The position numbers and the translations under genes were made by a program. Under the pieces are notes generated by a model that saw only the letters and a list, made by a program, of their open reading frames with translations, ran no database searches and had not been told where the DNA came from. Of a stretch of DNA of 33,787 nt, positions 33,664-33,787 are shown in pieces; position 1 is the stretch's first letter, and each line of letters begins with the position of its first letter. This stretch comes from Octopus bimaculoides (Eukaryota), in assembly GCF_001194135.2 (NCBI RefSeq), contig NC_068987.1:24989778-25023564 (forward strand), written 5' to 3'.

Positions 33664-33787
33664 TTTCTTTTATTTGTTTCAGTCATTTGACTGCAGCCAT
33701 GCTGGAGCACCACCTTTAGTCGAACAAATTGCCGTCCCCTATTCTTTGTAAGCCTAGTACTTATTCTATCAAACACTTTTGCCGAAC
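33664..33787 (-). mobile_element. SINE family C 3' end, running off the window, preceded by a degraded + strand head (about 33525-33655)
   Basis: TTTGTTTCAGTCATTTGACTGCAGCCATGCTGGAGCACC..CTAGTACTTATTCTATC. Confidence 0.8.

Overview
AT-rich, microsatellite-dense eukaryotic genomic scaffold with eight N-gaps. The repeat repertoire looks like an octopus or other coleoid cephalopod, which is an inference. The main content is one intron-rich minus-strand gene that the ORF track does not assemble. I spliced ten GT-AG exons by hand (30539 down to 4102, 1245 nt) into one open frame encoding about 3.5 tandem, divergent CUB domains; the start and end of the gene were not found. The introns and flanks carry decayed mobile DNA: three R4/Dong-like RLE retrotransposon remnants tied to (AAT)n tracts, a Chapaev3-like DNA transposon with both termini and a TAA TSD, a hAT MITE, mariner-like and Penelope-like fragments, and three tRNA-type SINE families (labelled A, B, C here). 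There is also a head-to-tail SINE array, a 313-bp repeat containing a tRNA-Thr-like unit, and several long foldbacks. I found no clearly new biological system. The best leads are the divergent multi-CUB protein, the tRNA-like repeat and the SINE array. All coordinates were counted by hand, and repeat boundaries are approximate.
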